Source: Macrostomum lignano (lineage: Eukaryota). Taken from it: a DNA stretch of 64,000 nt. The stretch is from contig NIVC01001364.1 in the NCBI GenBank assembly GCA_002269645.1, forward strand, positions 62,001 to 126,000. Reading direction: 5' to 3'. A program made the position numbers and the translations under genes. Each line of letters opens with the position of its first letter. Position 1 is the first letter of the stretch. The notes under the pieces were generated by a model that worked only from the letters and a program-made list of their open reading frames with translations, was not told where the DNA came from and made no database searches. Positions 1-12,410 of this stretch are shown here, piece by piece.

Positions 1-225
1 TGTAGAATAGAATGTGACTCCTGTAGGATAGAATGTGACTCCTGTAGGATAGAATGTGACTTCTGTAGGATAGAATGTGACTCCTGTAGGATAGAATGTG
101 AATTCTGTAGGATAGAATGTGACTCCTGTAAGATAGAATGTGACTCCTGTAGGATAGAATGTGACTCCTGTAGGACAGAATGTGACTCCTGTAGGATAGA
201 ATGTGACTCCTGTAGGATAGAATGT
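1..225. repeat. 21-bp minisatellite (TGTAGGATAGAATGTGACTCC), about 10 copies, cut by the window start; lies in a KCC intron
   Basis: Directly visible 21-bp period. Confidence 0.95.
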
Positions 226-769
226 ACCTCTCGTTCAGTACAGATATAAAATCTGAAGCAGAGAGCGAACTATATTGGAACTATAGAAGGTTATAATAAA
301 ACACTGGTCTGAAAAGTTGCATAAACCTCAAATTTATAAAAATGCCCGATATTTTTTGCACAAATTCATGCCGTATTCACTAGTTAGAGGCACGATGTAA
401 GAAAATTAGCCAGAAACAGAAGAATTATTAACCTCAAGCGAAACTTAACTATGATAAACAAGTTCCAAAATTTGCATAGCTAAGCCCCACCCGCCTAAAT
501 ATTCGGTTTTACAAACGAATAACCTTGAATTTTCCGCTTTCGCGGGCTAGAAGTTTGCAAGAAAATTGTCGGCAACTTTTGTAGTTAAGAGAAAACAGAT
601 GCTAATCTAGATAATGAGCCACAGAGAGGTGCTTGAATAAGTTGACTGCCACAGTCAGCGGCAAGCCGCATTGTCTACTTCATCTGCGTCTAATTTCCAA
701 CTCCATGTCCCCAGTCCCGACAATGCGAAATCCAGACTTTGTCCCGAATTTTATTGATCCTATTTATAA

Positions 770-1560
770 AGTCCCGAATCCCACACTATAGTCCCACATT
801 TTATTGATCCTCATTCTAGAGTCCCGAATCTCACACTAGTCCCACATTTTATTGATCCTCATTCTAGAGTCCCGAATCTCACACTAGTCCCACATTTTAT
901 TGATCCTCATTCTAGAGTCCCGAATCTCACACTAGTCCCACATTTTATTGATCCTCATTCTAGAGTCCCGAATCTCACACTAGTCCCACATTTTATTGAT
1001 CCTCATTCTAGAGTCCCGAATCTCACACTAGTCCCACATTTTATTGATCCTCATTCTAGAGTCCCGAATCTCACACTAGTCCCACATTTTATTGATCCTC
1101 ATTCTAGAGTCCCGAATCTCACACTAGTCCCACATTTTATTGATCCTCATTCTAGAGTCCCGAATCTCACACTAGTCCCACATTTTATTGATCCTCATTT
1201 TAGAGTCCCGAATCTCACACTAGTCCCACATTTTATTGATCCCCATTCTAGAGTCCCGAATCTCACACTATAGTCCCACATTTTATTGATCCTCATTCTA
1301 GAGTTCCGAATCCCACACTATAGTCTCTGATTTATTGATCCCCCATTCTAGAGTCCCGAATCCTACACTTATAGTCCCTGATTTATTGATCCCATTGTAG
1401 GGTCCCAAATCCCACACTGTAGTCCCTGATTTATTGATAACCCATTCTAGAGTCCTGAATCCCACACCAAAGTCCCTGATTTATTGATCCCGATTCTAGA
1501 GTCCCAAATCCCATACTTTAGTCCCACATTTTATTGATCCCGATTACGGAGCCTCAAATC
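770..1560. repeat. 48-bp minisatellite (TAGTCCCACATTTTATTGATCCTCATTCTAGAGTCCCGAATCTCACAC), degenerate at both ends; KCC intron
   Basis: Unit recurs at 837, 885 and onward (48-bp period). Confidence 0.95.
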
Positions 1561-1616
1561 CCAGACCTGCAGAAACCAACTCAATGAAGGCTCCATCAAA
1601 ACCTACTCTCCCTCAC

Positions 1617-2265
1617 CTTTGAAGACGCCGCTGAGAAATCCGGGGAAGGCGGGCACCTCGCGGAAGTCGTTGCGCATATAGCTCTCCTCACACCTATAGA
1701 AACCGGCCTCGTTTTCGCTGGAGTTAGTATAGGCACAGTACAGCCGTTCCAGGGCTGTCTTATTGCAGCCCAGATAGGTGTTATTTTCATAGAGGGCGTG
1801 CTGACGCAAAAGTACATCGCCCAGCAGGCAGACCTTGGGCCCCCGGTCCGGACTGGCGGCGAAGGCGCCGGCGTACATGGCTAGGACGGAGACGATGACG
1901 CAGGACAGGGAGATTGGCGCAAACAGCTGCACGAAGCGAACCCCGATAGCAACGATCACAAACTCGATAAGCAGCAGGATCGAAGCGTAGATTCTGAAGT
2001 TATTAAACATGTCGGCCTCGGCAATGTGCCCGAATTCGTCGGCTTCGCCAAATTTTGGTAGCGTAGGCAGCAAGTAGACTAGCAGCATCTCCACCCCGCC
2101 GACCAGGTACATGGATGTGGCCATGGCGTTGGCCAGGTAGAACAGCACCCCAACTGCGCTGCCGAACTCCGGGCCCAGATTGCGCGAGATCATGAAATAG
2201 ACGCCGCCGCTCTCAACAACGCCATTGGTGGCGATTGCGCTCATCGAGATGCTGGTTAGCAGAGT
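1617..2265 (-). CDS. kcc: K-Cl cotransporter (SLC12A4-7 family) internal exon: TM helices and start of the large extracellular loop; gene continues beyond the window start
   Basis: TLLTSISMSAIATNGVVESGGVYFMISRNLGPEFGSAVGVLFYLAN is the SLC12 signature; acceptor cgcag before 2265, donor GTGAG after 1617; phase 0 start fits the upstream exon. Confidence 0.95.
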
Positions 2266-3029
2266 CTGCGCGAGGCGAGGCGAGGGAAGGGCGAGAATCG
2301 TTTGTTGGGAGCGAAATTGTTGCACCCGATGCCATCTTTTGGACATCAAGGACCCACATGATGCTGCTAGACCGCATTTAAATAATCTCAACTGATCTCC
2401 TCAGAGGTCAAATGACCCACCTGATATCTCAGAGGCCCACAGAGGTTAAATAATCCCCATGATGACCCATCTGAGATTCTTGCTGGTCAAATGACCCCCA
2501 TCTGATGTTCTAAGCGGTCAAACTTGGACACAGGAGGTCAAGAGGTCAAGAACTGCTGTCCTCAGAGTTTAAATGAGCTCACTCGATTGCTTTCTCTGTT
2601 GCCCTTAAGGTCAAACTGAGCCAACTGATGTCTGCAGAGGTTATTTGCTTTCATAAAAAACGTTTATCCTTTAGTTTAAATAACGCTTGATTTGTTTTAT
2701 TTAAGTGCTAAAAATGACTATTATTTACCTTATAAAAACTCGGATGCTTAAGTTATCTTAAAATTAGTAATTAGTGAAGTGATTAGTTTACCAGTACTGG
2801 TATCGAATTCTTGGAGAAGCAGAAGCGGAAGCTGGAAACCAACTAAAATCGACAAGGCAGTTCATATCTCCATGACCCGTGTCTATAATCCTATAATGTA
2901 GCCAAAATCGAATATCAAATAGTCTAGGGACAAAAGCACGTCAATTGAATCAAGCGAACACCGTTAAGTAAGGCAACACGAGGCCACGGATTGTGCCGTA
3001 GCTATTAGTAGTAATAATCAGGAATTTTT

Positions 3030-3525
3030 CGTGCGCACTGCGGACGAGCCACTACTAAAAGAGTCGGAGCATGTAGCGCTTCAGGAACCGGAAGTGCCAA
3101 GGCAATTTCCATGCCGCACTCCAGCAGCTGTCGCTCCTCTTCGGCACGGCCGAGTCCCGGATGCTCGCCGTCCGCCAGCACGAGAGACAGCCGATGCCGC
3201 CGGTGCAAATCGCGGCGGCGTCGGCAGCCGGAGGCAGACCGGGACAGTCGGCGGCGACGTCCGTCAAGAACGCCCGCATCGCCGTCTGCGTCGTCCCGGT
3301 CGCAGTCGGCCTCGTCAGCAACGTTTTACACACGGGCTTCCGGCGATTCGTCAGCGACGGCCACTCCGGAGTGGAGCTCGGGAAGTCGCGGCCTCACTAA
3401 GGGCAAGGCGGTATTCCCGCCATGGAGGCTGGTTGAAAACGTCGAAGAGTTTGACAGGCGGCGACGGCGGAGGCATAAGCGGCGGGAGAGACTCAAATCC
3501 GAGTATGTTGCAGAGCGTGTTTAAA
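3030..3525. other. GC-rich coding-like island of unknown identity inside the KCC intron
   Basis: Sharp GC rise and several overlapping open frames on both strands; no recognisable domain and no convincing splice sites. Confidence 0.25.
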
Positions 3526-4238
3526 TTTTTAGTCAGTTTGAATCACCCTGGACAATAATTTGCCTATTTGAGTTCGACATTGAAATGATCCTCTCACTCC
3601 AGGCTCTTTTAGAGTATCTCCTCTTCTTGCCTCGTTTAAGTGACTCAACCAGTTCAGGTGAACAGGCATCTACACTGACTGTATTTCAATGCCATTGCTC
3701 ATTGCATTGTCAATTAATACCTAAGATAATTCTGATTTCTATCCTGGGGCCGCTCAAGAAATTACTATTTTGGAGAACGCGCAAGTGAAAGTTGTTTCAC
3801 GGTTCTTGAATTCATGTGTTTTACTCCGACCAAGGAAACAAACTTTTAAAGAGATGAAAGGAATGTTGGAGACCCTGTGTAATGTACTTGAGACTCAGGG
3901 ACTCGTTAAGAGTTTCAAGTTTCAGCAAACTTTTATCAAAGTTACGCTAGAATCGATAGCTGCAGACCAGTCACGCAAGATCAAGCAATAGATTCCTAAT
4001 ATTCCATGTAGTAGGGTTCCGAATAGTTTTTTGAGTCTTTTCTTCGTTTCATAATGTCTCAGCAAATTTATATGTTAACACAAAAACCAACATTGTTTCC
4101 AGGCGCAGCAGCCCCGCATCATCCAACAACTCATCCAACCAGCGGGATCAGCTGCCATCGGCGTCGCCGCGCCAGGAACAACCACAGCAAACGCCGAAGC
4201 ACAGAGGCCAGACTAGGCATCTGAGCACGATCAACAAC

Positions 4239-5544
4239 ATGAACTCGGTTATTGAACCTCAGGACAGCAAGAATCACCTCCAGCCGCCGCAACTGCAGCA
4301 GGCTCGACCTGCGGTTTATCAGCGGTACACCGACGCTAACAGGTCAGCCAGGCTAAGCATCACAGGTTCCAGGGACCATTTGCCACTGGCAGAACACCAG
4401 ATGCCACAGCCTCAATGGGACAGGTGCAATTACCAGCCAGTTTCTACTGGGCATGCCAAGCGTCAGCCAGCTGTTACGCTAGATTATCGCTACCCCATTG
4501 AGCAGGGCATCTCATTCGATACTGCTCACGATTTGAGTCAACGGCAAAAGCATGGCTTGGCTAGGTGAGATGCTGTGGCCTTTTTAATTTATTGGGTGCA
4601 TTCAGGAATTTTGTTGAATGTGAGGAGATGCTGCTGACTCGTCTGTTGTGTCTCTCTCGACGTTTAAAAGTCCAGACGCACGAGTGGCGTGTCTGTGTGC
4701 TCGATTCAGCATTAATTTGTGCACAAACGCATCTAAAGCTTCGTCTCAATTTTTTTTCTTTGACCCCAGGCAGTACAGCGGCCAAATGCAGTGGCAGAAT
4801 TATCAGTATGATTTAAATGAGAGGCAGCAGCAACATCTGCAGCACCATCCACAACGACCACAATGGCATCAAAATAATCAGAATCAGCAGAAATTCACAC
4901 GAAACTGGCAGCGTCACTATCAGCAGCCGCAGCAAAGGTATCAGCAGCCACCGCCAAGATCCTATCAGCAGCCTCTGTTTACTCGGGAAGACGAGTTTCC
5001 GGTCCGCGAGCAGCAGGCCTGGCATCCGCGGTCCACCAATTTCGGATTTCCGGATTTTGACGATGTTGACCCGCCCGGTCTCCGGCGACGGAACGGCGAC
5101 GATTTCGCGCCATCAGCCGCCAACTTCAGCGGCATCACCGGCCCAGCTGACGAACCTCAGTTTCCTGGCCCGCCCACGCCATATCCGTGCGGCCCGCCAA
5201 GTCAGCCACAGTTCGACGACCGTCAGGGCGCTTGGCCTTCCCGGCACGTCGATGAAGGCTTTCCAAACTTTGATGATGGTGACTCGCCCGATCTCCGGCA
5301 ACGAAACGGCGACGACTTCGCTCTGCCACCCGCCAACTTCAGCAGCAGCGTCGCCTACCCCGCCGGCGGTCTTCACGTCCCATGGAGGGACAGCGGCTGG
5401 CCAGGCCTCCAGGCCGGTGCGCAGCAGTTTGGCCAGACCCCGCAGTTCCCCGATCAGCCAACGCCATTTCCGTGCGGGCCGCCAAGTCAGCAACAGTTCA
5501 ACGACTTCAATGTCGGCGGATTCAACAGTTTTGGACTTGTTTAG
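4239..5544 (+). CDS. Nested antisense gene encoding a Q/P/N/F-rich low-complexity protein of about 366 aa; coding exons 4239-4564 and 4770-5544, upstream exon part from 4103
   Basis: Acceptor tttccag at 4102, ATG in aacaacATG context, donor AG|GTGAG after 4564, acceptor ttttctttgaccccag at 4769 in matching phase 2, stop at 5544, AATAAA at 5717. Confidence 0.7.
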
Positions 5545-5716
5545 GGCGAGAAATTCATGTGTATAAGTTTTGTATCTCCATTGCTTTTAATTGTAAGCTC
5601 TGGTGTTCTTTATAGCCTAGTAACAGGAATAAGCTAGGCCAATGTTACACGGTCCATTGGTTTACTTCATTGAGATGTGCTTATCGACAGTATTATAACA
5701 CTAATACGTGTATAGA

Positions 5717-5722
5717 AATAAA
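5717..5722 (+). terminator. Putative polyadenylation signal of the nested gene
   Basis: AATAAA about 170 nt after the stop codon. Confidence 0.5.
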
Positions 5723-6223
5723 GTCAGTTCAACAGCGAGCTTCCAAAGCTATAAAACCAATGCAAATATTTACTCGTGACTCTTGTGGGTTTTTTTCCTA
5801 AATTTGTGATAACCTTGTGAGGGTTTCGCTAAGTTCTACGCTCCTACGAGCTGTTGCTTGATTTCAGCGATCAAGGAGAAATTCTGATATTGAGATCAGG
5901 AGTGTGTAAAGGGTCTTTAATTGATTGGCAAGTGAATTGGTGAGTGCTTGTCCCTATCTGATGCTGCTGAGGTGCTACAATTCCCTCACATGACGCTTTC
6001 AGAGATCACACCACCCCAATTTATAGATCAACTGAGCACTGACCTCAGGACACTACACTCGCAAATCGTGCAAATTTCACCGAGAGGCCACAAAATTGGC
6101 TACAAAATGCATTTAGCGAGATGGCGATTTCCAATCAGCGCCCCTTGTTGGGGAGCCAACAAAGAGGATAGTACATTAAAAAAAACTACATGTAGCTTTT
6201 GACCTTTCAGTCCTGAGGCTGGC

Positions 6224-6525
6224 ATCTCAGCAATTCCCCCGTAAGCCTTGACATCTCAGCAATTTCCGTCGTAAGCCTTGACATCTCAGCAATTTCCGTC
6301 GTAAGCCTTGACATCTCAGCAATTTCCGTCGTAAGCCTTGACATCTCAGCAATTTCCGTCGTAAGCCTTGACATCTCAGCAATTTCCGTCGTAAGCCTTG
6401 ACATCTCAGCAATTTCCGTCGTAAGCCTTGACATCTCAGCAATTTCCGTCGTAAGCCTTGACATCTCAGCAATTTCCGTCGTAAGCCTTGACATCTCAGC
6501 AGTTTCCGTCGTAAGCCTTGACATT
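6224..6525. repeat. 30-bp minisatellite (GTAAGCCTTGACATCTCAGCAATTTCCGTC), about 10 near-identical copies
   Basis: Directly visible 30-bp period. Confidence 0.95.
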
Positions 6526-7124
6526 TAAGAAATTTCCCATGAGCCTCAACATCTTAGCAATTAATTCCCCGATGAATCTTTTATGTTCGACATGACGCTT
6601 CTTTCATTTTTTGAAATTACGCATCCTTCATGCTTTACAAGACGCATTTTTTATTTTTTATGCTTGACCTTTGCAAAGAAGCATGTTTTACAAATATTTA
6701 ATCCCTTTAGCATTGAGCTCAATTTCTTAGCCTTGACATTTACTGTCAACGGAAATTTTCTGATCGAACTATGCAAGTCTCGTGAAAATTGTTTGAGCCG
6801 CTTTTTTCTGAAATCAATCACATAGCTACCTACCTACGAACAAACCATTTTTAGTCCAAAAATCTATGGGAATTCTGAGAAGCGACGCGAACACGAACAT
6901 AGAGGCTTCCTTGGTTAGACTGCGTCTCATTTTGATTCTCTATTTATAGTCTATGGCTAATGCGGGCGTAGTCTATGGCCATGTCTTTCTTAACATCGTG
7001 CTGCTTTGTTTGACTAAAGCTTCACTTATCATTTAGATCGTCAAAACCGTTGCTTGCTCATAGAGATCAATGACCCCATGTAATATCCCTTAAATTGGTC
7101 AGATTAAAAATTCATAGAACTCAC

Positions 7125-7271
7125 GCAGAAGCAGCAGATGAACACGATGGCGCCGGATTCCCAGACTCCTGAGACGCCGACAATCCAGAAGAGGCGCAGG
7201 AACATCAGGACGCCAAAGATGTGCTGGATGGTCGGCAAGTAGACGCCCAGAATGACGCCGAGTTTGGCCTT
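7125..7271 (-). CDS. kcc: KCC exon, TM1-TM2 (KAKLGVILGVYLPTIQHIFGVLMFLRLFWIVGVSGVWESGAIVFICCFC)
   Basis: Hand translation matches the SLC12 GVYLP..Q.IFGV..FLR motif; cgcag acceptor and GTGAGT donor; 147 bp, phase 0/0; missed by the ORF track. Confidence 0.95.
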
Positions 7272-8269
7272 CTGCGAATGGAAATCATTTTTTTCAATTA
7301 TTAAACTGCCAACAGCTTATTTTTTAATTTCGTTTTGTTTCATTTAGTAGTGCAAACCTGATCAAAGCAGTCAATTATTCTATCTAAGCTTTAATTATTT
7401 TCACTTTACATTCAGAGACAAAAATCAGCTACTAGAAGATACCAGCATAGCAACACAAATTCGATTTCGGATAAAGAGCGCTCGCTCATTAATTAAAACT
7501 GTTGCAGAGGTATAATTTGAGCAGCAGATTATAGAGCTGAGATAGACTAGTAGGATGGGGCTTATCTATCCCAGATTCCCAGGGCTATTACTGAACTGAC
7601 TGACTTCTCCGTATGCATCTCTAATCCCGGGTCTGAGGTGACAGGATTAATGAGTTTTTAAGACTGAGCTGCCTGAAATTGGATAGTAATCAGGCGGCTC
7701 CATCCCGAGCAGATCGAGACTGCTCGGTTCAGAGTAGCAAGCAGAGTGCAGCAATTTTCTAGGCATATTTTTCATAATCAATAGGAAATGCTGTATTGAA
7801 ACATCGGGTCAGGTGATTTCGGTTTTATATCAACAGCCTGGGCTAATTGAAATCTTCCTAATTGCTTTGCTTCCGAATGCAAAGGAATCTCTAAATCTGC
7901 TTAATACCTGCTTTTGACTCGTCTAAAATTCCAATCTGACTGCCTTGAATTAATTAATTCCTATCTTTGAGCGAAGCCAAGACTGCAGACTTGATGTAAT
8001 CAACATGCAGGACTCCTGCCCTTACCCGAGACTTCTACTTAAAGCCAAGACCTCTTTAGATTCGTTTTACTCAACTAGGCAAGCCTTGTACAGAGAATCC
8101 AAATTATCAATTCGATAGATTAAGGCTAGTCGGGGACTAAAAGTGCAGCTGTTAATAATGAGTCACGACAATAATCAGCTAATCCCTTAATTTCGATAAA
8201 TCCGAAGATTTTAATATTTTGATTGTTTCAGCTGCTTCTTTGAACTTTTTCAAGCTCAAAATTTTTCAC

Positions 8270-8517
8270 CTTCGGCGCCTTCTTCTGCTGATCGGAGCTC
8301 TCTTCCTTCTCGTTGCGCATGGGGCTGGTGAATGTCCGCAGGTAGGCATTGAGAGTCGGCAGCGGCCCTGTTGGCCCGTCGCCGTCCTCCTCAACGAAAA
8401 CGGCCAGCTCGGCGTCCGCCTCAGATTTCAACGGCCGCGTATCCTCGGCCCCGCCCGCGGCAGCTGCCGCTCCGCCGGCGCCGCCGCTCGCTGTCGGCTT
8501 GCGGACGGTGGAGACCA
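8270..8517 (-). CDS. kcc: KCC N-terminal cytoplasmic exon (...ELAVFVEEDGDGPTGPLPTLNAYLRTF...QQKKAPK)
   Basis: LAVFVEE resembles the KCC N-terminal LALFEEE segment; cccgcag acceptor (phase 1) and AAG|GTGAA donor (phase 0) join in frame to exon 7125-7271. Confidence 0.85.
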
Positions 8518-8599
8518 CTGCGGGCGATAAGGTGGTTGGTCTGGGTCTCTGGGATTTGGGATCGGCAGTTTTGGGATTTAAACTGATATCTGCGGTATG

Positions 8600-9030
8600 A
8601 AATATGGGATCTGTGGACTGGGGTATGGGATCTGTGGCCTGGGATATGGGATCTGTGGTCTGGGATATGGGGATCTGTGGTCTGGGATATGGGATCTGTG
8701 GTCTGGGATATGGGATCTGTGGTCTGGGGTATGGGATCTGTGGTCTGGGGTATGGGATCTGTGGTCTGGGATCTGTGGTCTGGGATATGGGATCTGTGGT
8801 CTGGGATGTGGGATCTGTGGTCTGGGATATGGGATCTGTGGTCTGGGATATGGGATCTGTGGTCAGGGATATGGGATCTGTGGTCTGGGATATGGGATCT
8901 GTGGTCTGGGGTATGAGATCTGTGGTCTGGGATATGAGATCTGTGGTCTGGGTCTGGGATATGAGATCTGTGGTTTTGGGACTTGGGACTGGGATCTGCC
9001 GGTCTGGGATATGGGATCTGTGGTTTTAAG
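8600..9030. repeat. 21-bp G-rich minisatellite (GGGATCTGTGGTCTGGGATAT) in a KCC intron
   Basis: Directly visible. Confidence 0.95.
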
Positions 9031-9731
9031 ACTTCATATTGGCATCTACGGTATTGGGATAAAGGTCATAGGATCTGGACCTGAAATTCACAGAAATGGC
9101 CTAATGGGACATAGTTCAGCTTCTAGAATAGAATATAAGTAATAAGTATTGAGTAGGCTTTTGGGAAGTGGGAAGTCTGTATTGACGAAACGTGACTTGA
9201 ATTAACGAGATCTTGGATGTAAGGACAAAGGACAAAGGACAGGAGTCTTCAAATGTAGGATATGGGATGAGAATATTACATTATTCTGAATATAGTAAAT
9301 TAATAATTATGCATTCAAAAGTGTGCTTGGTAACATTTAGCAGAGTGAAGACTCGTGAGTTTCATGTTGAGCATGATTAATAGTTTTCTATATTATACTC
9401 CTACTGACTTGATTAGATTAGAACCTTCAATATATTTTCTGAGAAACACACTAAATTATAAATAAACTCTGACAGTACTGATTCATAGCATCAGCCTATC
9501 TTTTCATTTTTTTAAATCGTGTCGCCAGCTCCCCTTTTACCTGTGCTTAGCTGGTAGGTTTATCCAAATCAAATATTAAGATTCTATACTAGGCCTATAT
9601 GGGCTAGGCTTAGCCTCATGCGGCTGTAGGAACGATTTTTAATGAGTCAGTCAAAAATCTCTATTCTAAATACAAAATGTTTGACTTTAATAACATTTAA
9701 TAAAATTTTGGTAGCCAGGATTTATTATTAC

Positions 9732-9807
9732 CTTGAAATTTCGTGTGCTCTCCATCCGCCGCATGGCTATCTTTTCTTAAATTATCCGCTTGACTTTCTG
9801 TTACCAT
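9732..9807 (-). CDS. kcc: Candidate proximal alternative first coding exon of KCC (MVTESQADNLRKDSHAADGEHTKFQ)
   Basis: ATG at 9807, open to a G|GTAAT donor in phase 1, matching the phase-1 acceptor at 8517. Confidence 0.5.
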
Positions 9808-10989
9808 GATCTCTTTCGCTTCGCTCTTCAAGTACGTTTTGTGTGAACTATATATATGTTATCAAGTGTATATAGAATTTGCTAAAAAATGGGCTGCAAC
9901 GGCGAGTATATAATAGCAGTAGTGCCGTCACTTCTTTAAGGGATGAATAGTTTGGAACAGAATCTTGTCTTGTAAGCTATTATAAAAGGCGGCGCATGGT
10001 TTAGACTCTGGAAATTTCCATGGGGAGCACGGGCCGGGTCTGGGTAACCTCCCCCTCCCCCATTCAGAACCAGTGGAGTGACGCTTCCACTTCAATGTAC
10101 ATTGGTTCAAAATGAGTTTGTGGGGGTGAATGTACACAGAGTTGGTCCGGGGACGAGAGGACTGACTGTACATTCTTGCCTTGTGTTCACATGATGCCCA
10201 CCCCCCTACTTTCGTTCGCAAGCCTTTTCAGCTTGGGAAAGCATTTGGAACTAAGAAGCTATTTATATATGTATTATTGCAACTATTCCTCTCACTCCTA
10301 ACTGTTTACTAATACTAATAATATGGCTATACTATGCGAGCCAATGCACATTGGAGGCGTTTTATTATTAACATTTGCGAATTACCTCGATGCCCTATTG
10401 ACCATTATCTCTACCTATAAAAACCATTTGGCATAAAAATAGCTCGTATTTTCGAACAAACTCAGCAAGATAGGGATTCCAAAGGGATTCAAAAGCAATG
10501 CAATTAATAAGTTCTGATCTAGTAACTATCCAATGGCAATCAATAAACCGATGCCAACAGGTTACAGACGCTATTAAATTCGGGGTTTTAGTGCTCCAAA
10601 TTCTAGGTATTTTGGTATTTTGATTCCTGCAATAATTTAGTATATTCCAGCTATATTGACTACCCATTGGCTACACTAGCGCTGGAGCTGTTGTAATAAA
10701 ATGCCTAAACCAAATATATAAATGCCTAAATGCCCAATGCCTTACAGATCGATACTACTTTGGTAAGAAAATAAATTAAATTGAGAGCGATACCATGCCT
10801 AATGCCTCGAGCCGACGGCTAGTTTTTCAGGTTGAAAATCACGTACCTTTAGTCACTCATTATCTCGAACAACTATCCAGTCAGTCTCACAGATACTAAT
10901 CTCAGTTCTCAACGCACTTAGGGCTAGGCTCGTCCCCCTATCCACTATTCTACTTTTGATCCCCAATTCCACTCATTCCTTTCCCTCCC

Positions 10990-12410
10990 ATATATCCAAC
11001 TATCTCAGGTCCCCAGACTCACTCTCATACTTGCAGATCCCCAATCTCACTCCAGATCCAAAATCTCACTCCTATATCCTCAATCTCACTCTCATATCAC
11101 CAATCTCACTCTCATATCCCCAATCTCACTCTCATATCCTCGATCTCACTCCCGTTTCCCCAATCTCGCTCTCAAATCCCCAATCTCACTCTCATACCCT
11201 CAATCTCACTCCCATATCCCCAATCTCACTCCCATATCCCCAATCTCACTCCCATATCCCCAATCTCACTCTCATATCACTCTCATATCCTCAATCTCAC
11301 TCTCATATCCTCGATCTCACTCCCATATCCCCAATCTCACTCCCATATCCCCAATCTCACTCTCATATCACTCTCATACCCTCAATCTCACTCCCACATC
11401 CACAATCTCACTCTCATACCCTCAATCTCACTCCCATATCCCCAATCTCACTCCCATATCCCCAATCTCACTCTCATATCCCCAATCTCACTCCCATATC
11501 CCCAATCTCACTCCCATATCCTCAATCTCACTCTCATATCACTCTCATATCCTCAATCTCACTCTCATATCCTCGATCTCACTCCCATATCCCCAATCTC
11601 ACTCTTATATCCCCAATCTCACTCTCATACCCTCAATCTCACTCTCATATCCCCAATCTCACTCCCATATCCCCAATCTCACTCTCATATCCTCAATCTC
11701 ACTCCTATATCCCCAATCTCACTCTCATATCACTCTCATATCCTCAATCCCACTCTCATATCCTCGATCTCACTCCCATATTCCCAATCTCACTCTTATG
11801 TCCCCAATCTCACTCTCATACCCTCAATCTCACTCCCATATCCCCAATCTTACTCCCATATCCCCAATCTCACTCTCATACCCTCAATCTCACTCCCATA
11901 TCCCCAATCTCACTCCCATATCCCCAATCTCACTCTCATACCCTCAATCTCACTCCCATATCCCCAATCTCACTCCCATATCCCCAATCTCACTCTCATA
12001 CCCTCAATCTCACTCCCATATCCCCAATCTCACTCTTATGTCCCCAATCTCACTCTCATATCCTCAATCTCACTCCCATATCCCCAATCTCACTCTCATA
12101 TCACTCTCATATCCTCAATCTCACTCTCATATCCTCGATCTCACTCCCATATTCCCAATCTCACTCTTATGTCCCCAATCTCACTCTCATACCCTCAATC
12201 TCACTCCCATATTCCCAATCTTACTCCCATATCCCCAATCTCACTCTCATACCCTCAATCTCACTCCCATATCCCCAATCTCACTCCCATATCCCCAATC
12301 TCACTCTCATATCCCCAATCTCACTCCCATATCCCCAATCTCACTCTTATATCCCAATCTCACTCTCATATCCTCAATCTCACTCCCATATTCCCAATCT
12401 TACTCTCATC
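10990..12410. repeat. 20-bp C-rich minisatellite (CCCAATCTCACTC[C/T]CATATC), about 70 copies with variants
   Basis: Directly visible; explains ORFs 10956-12536 and 11798-12526. Confidence 0.95.
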
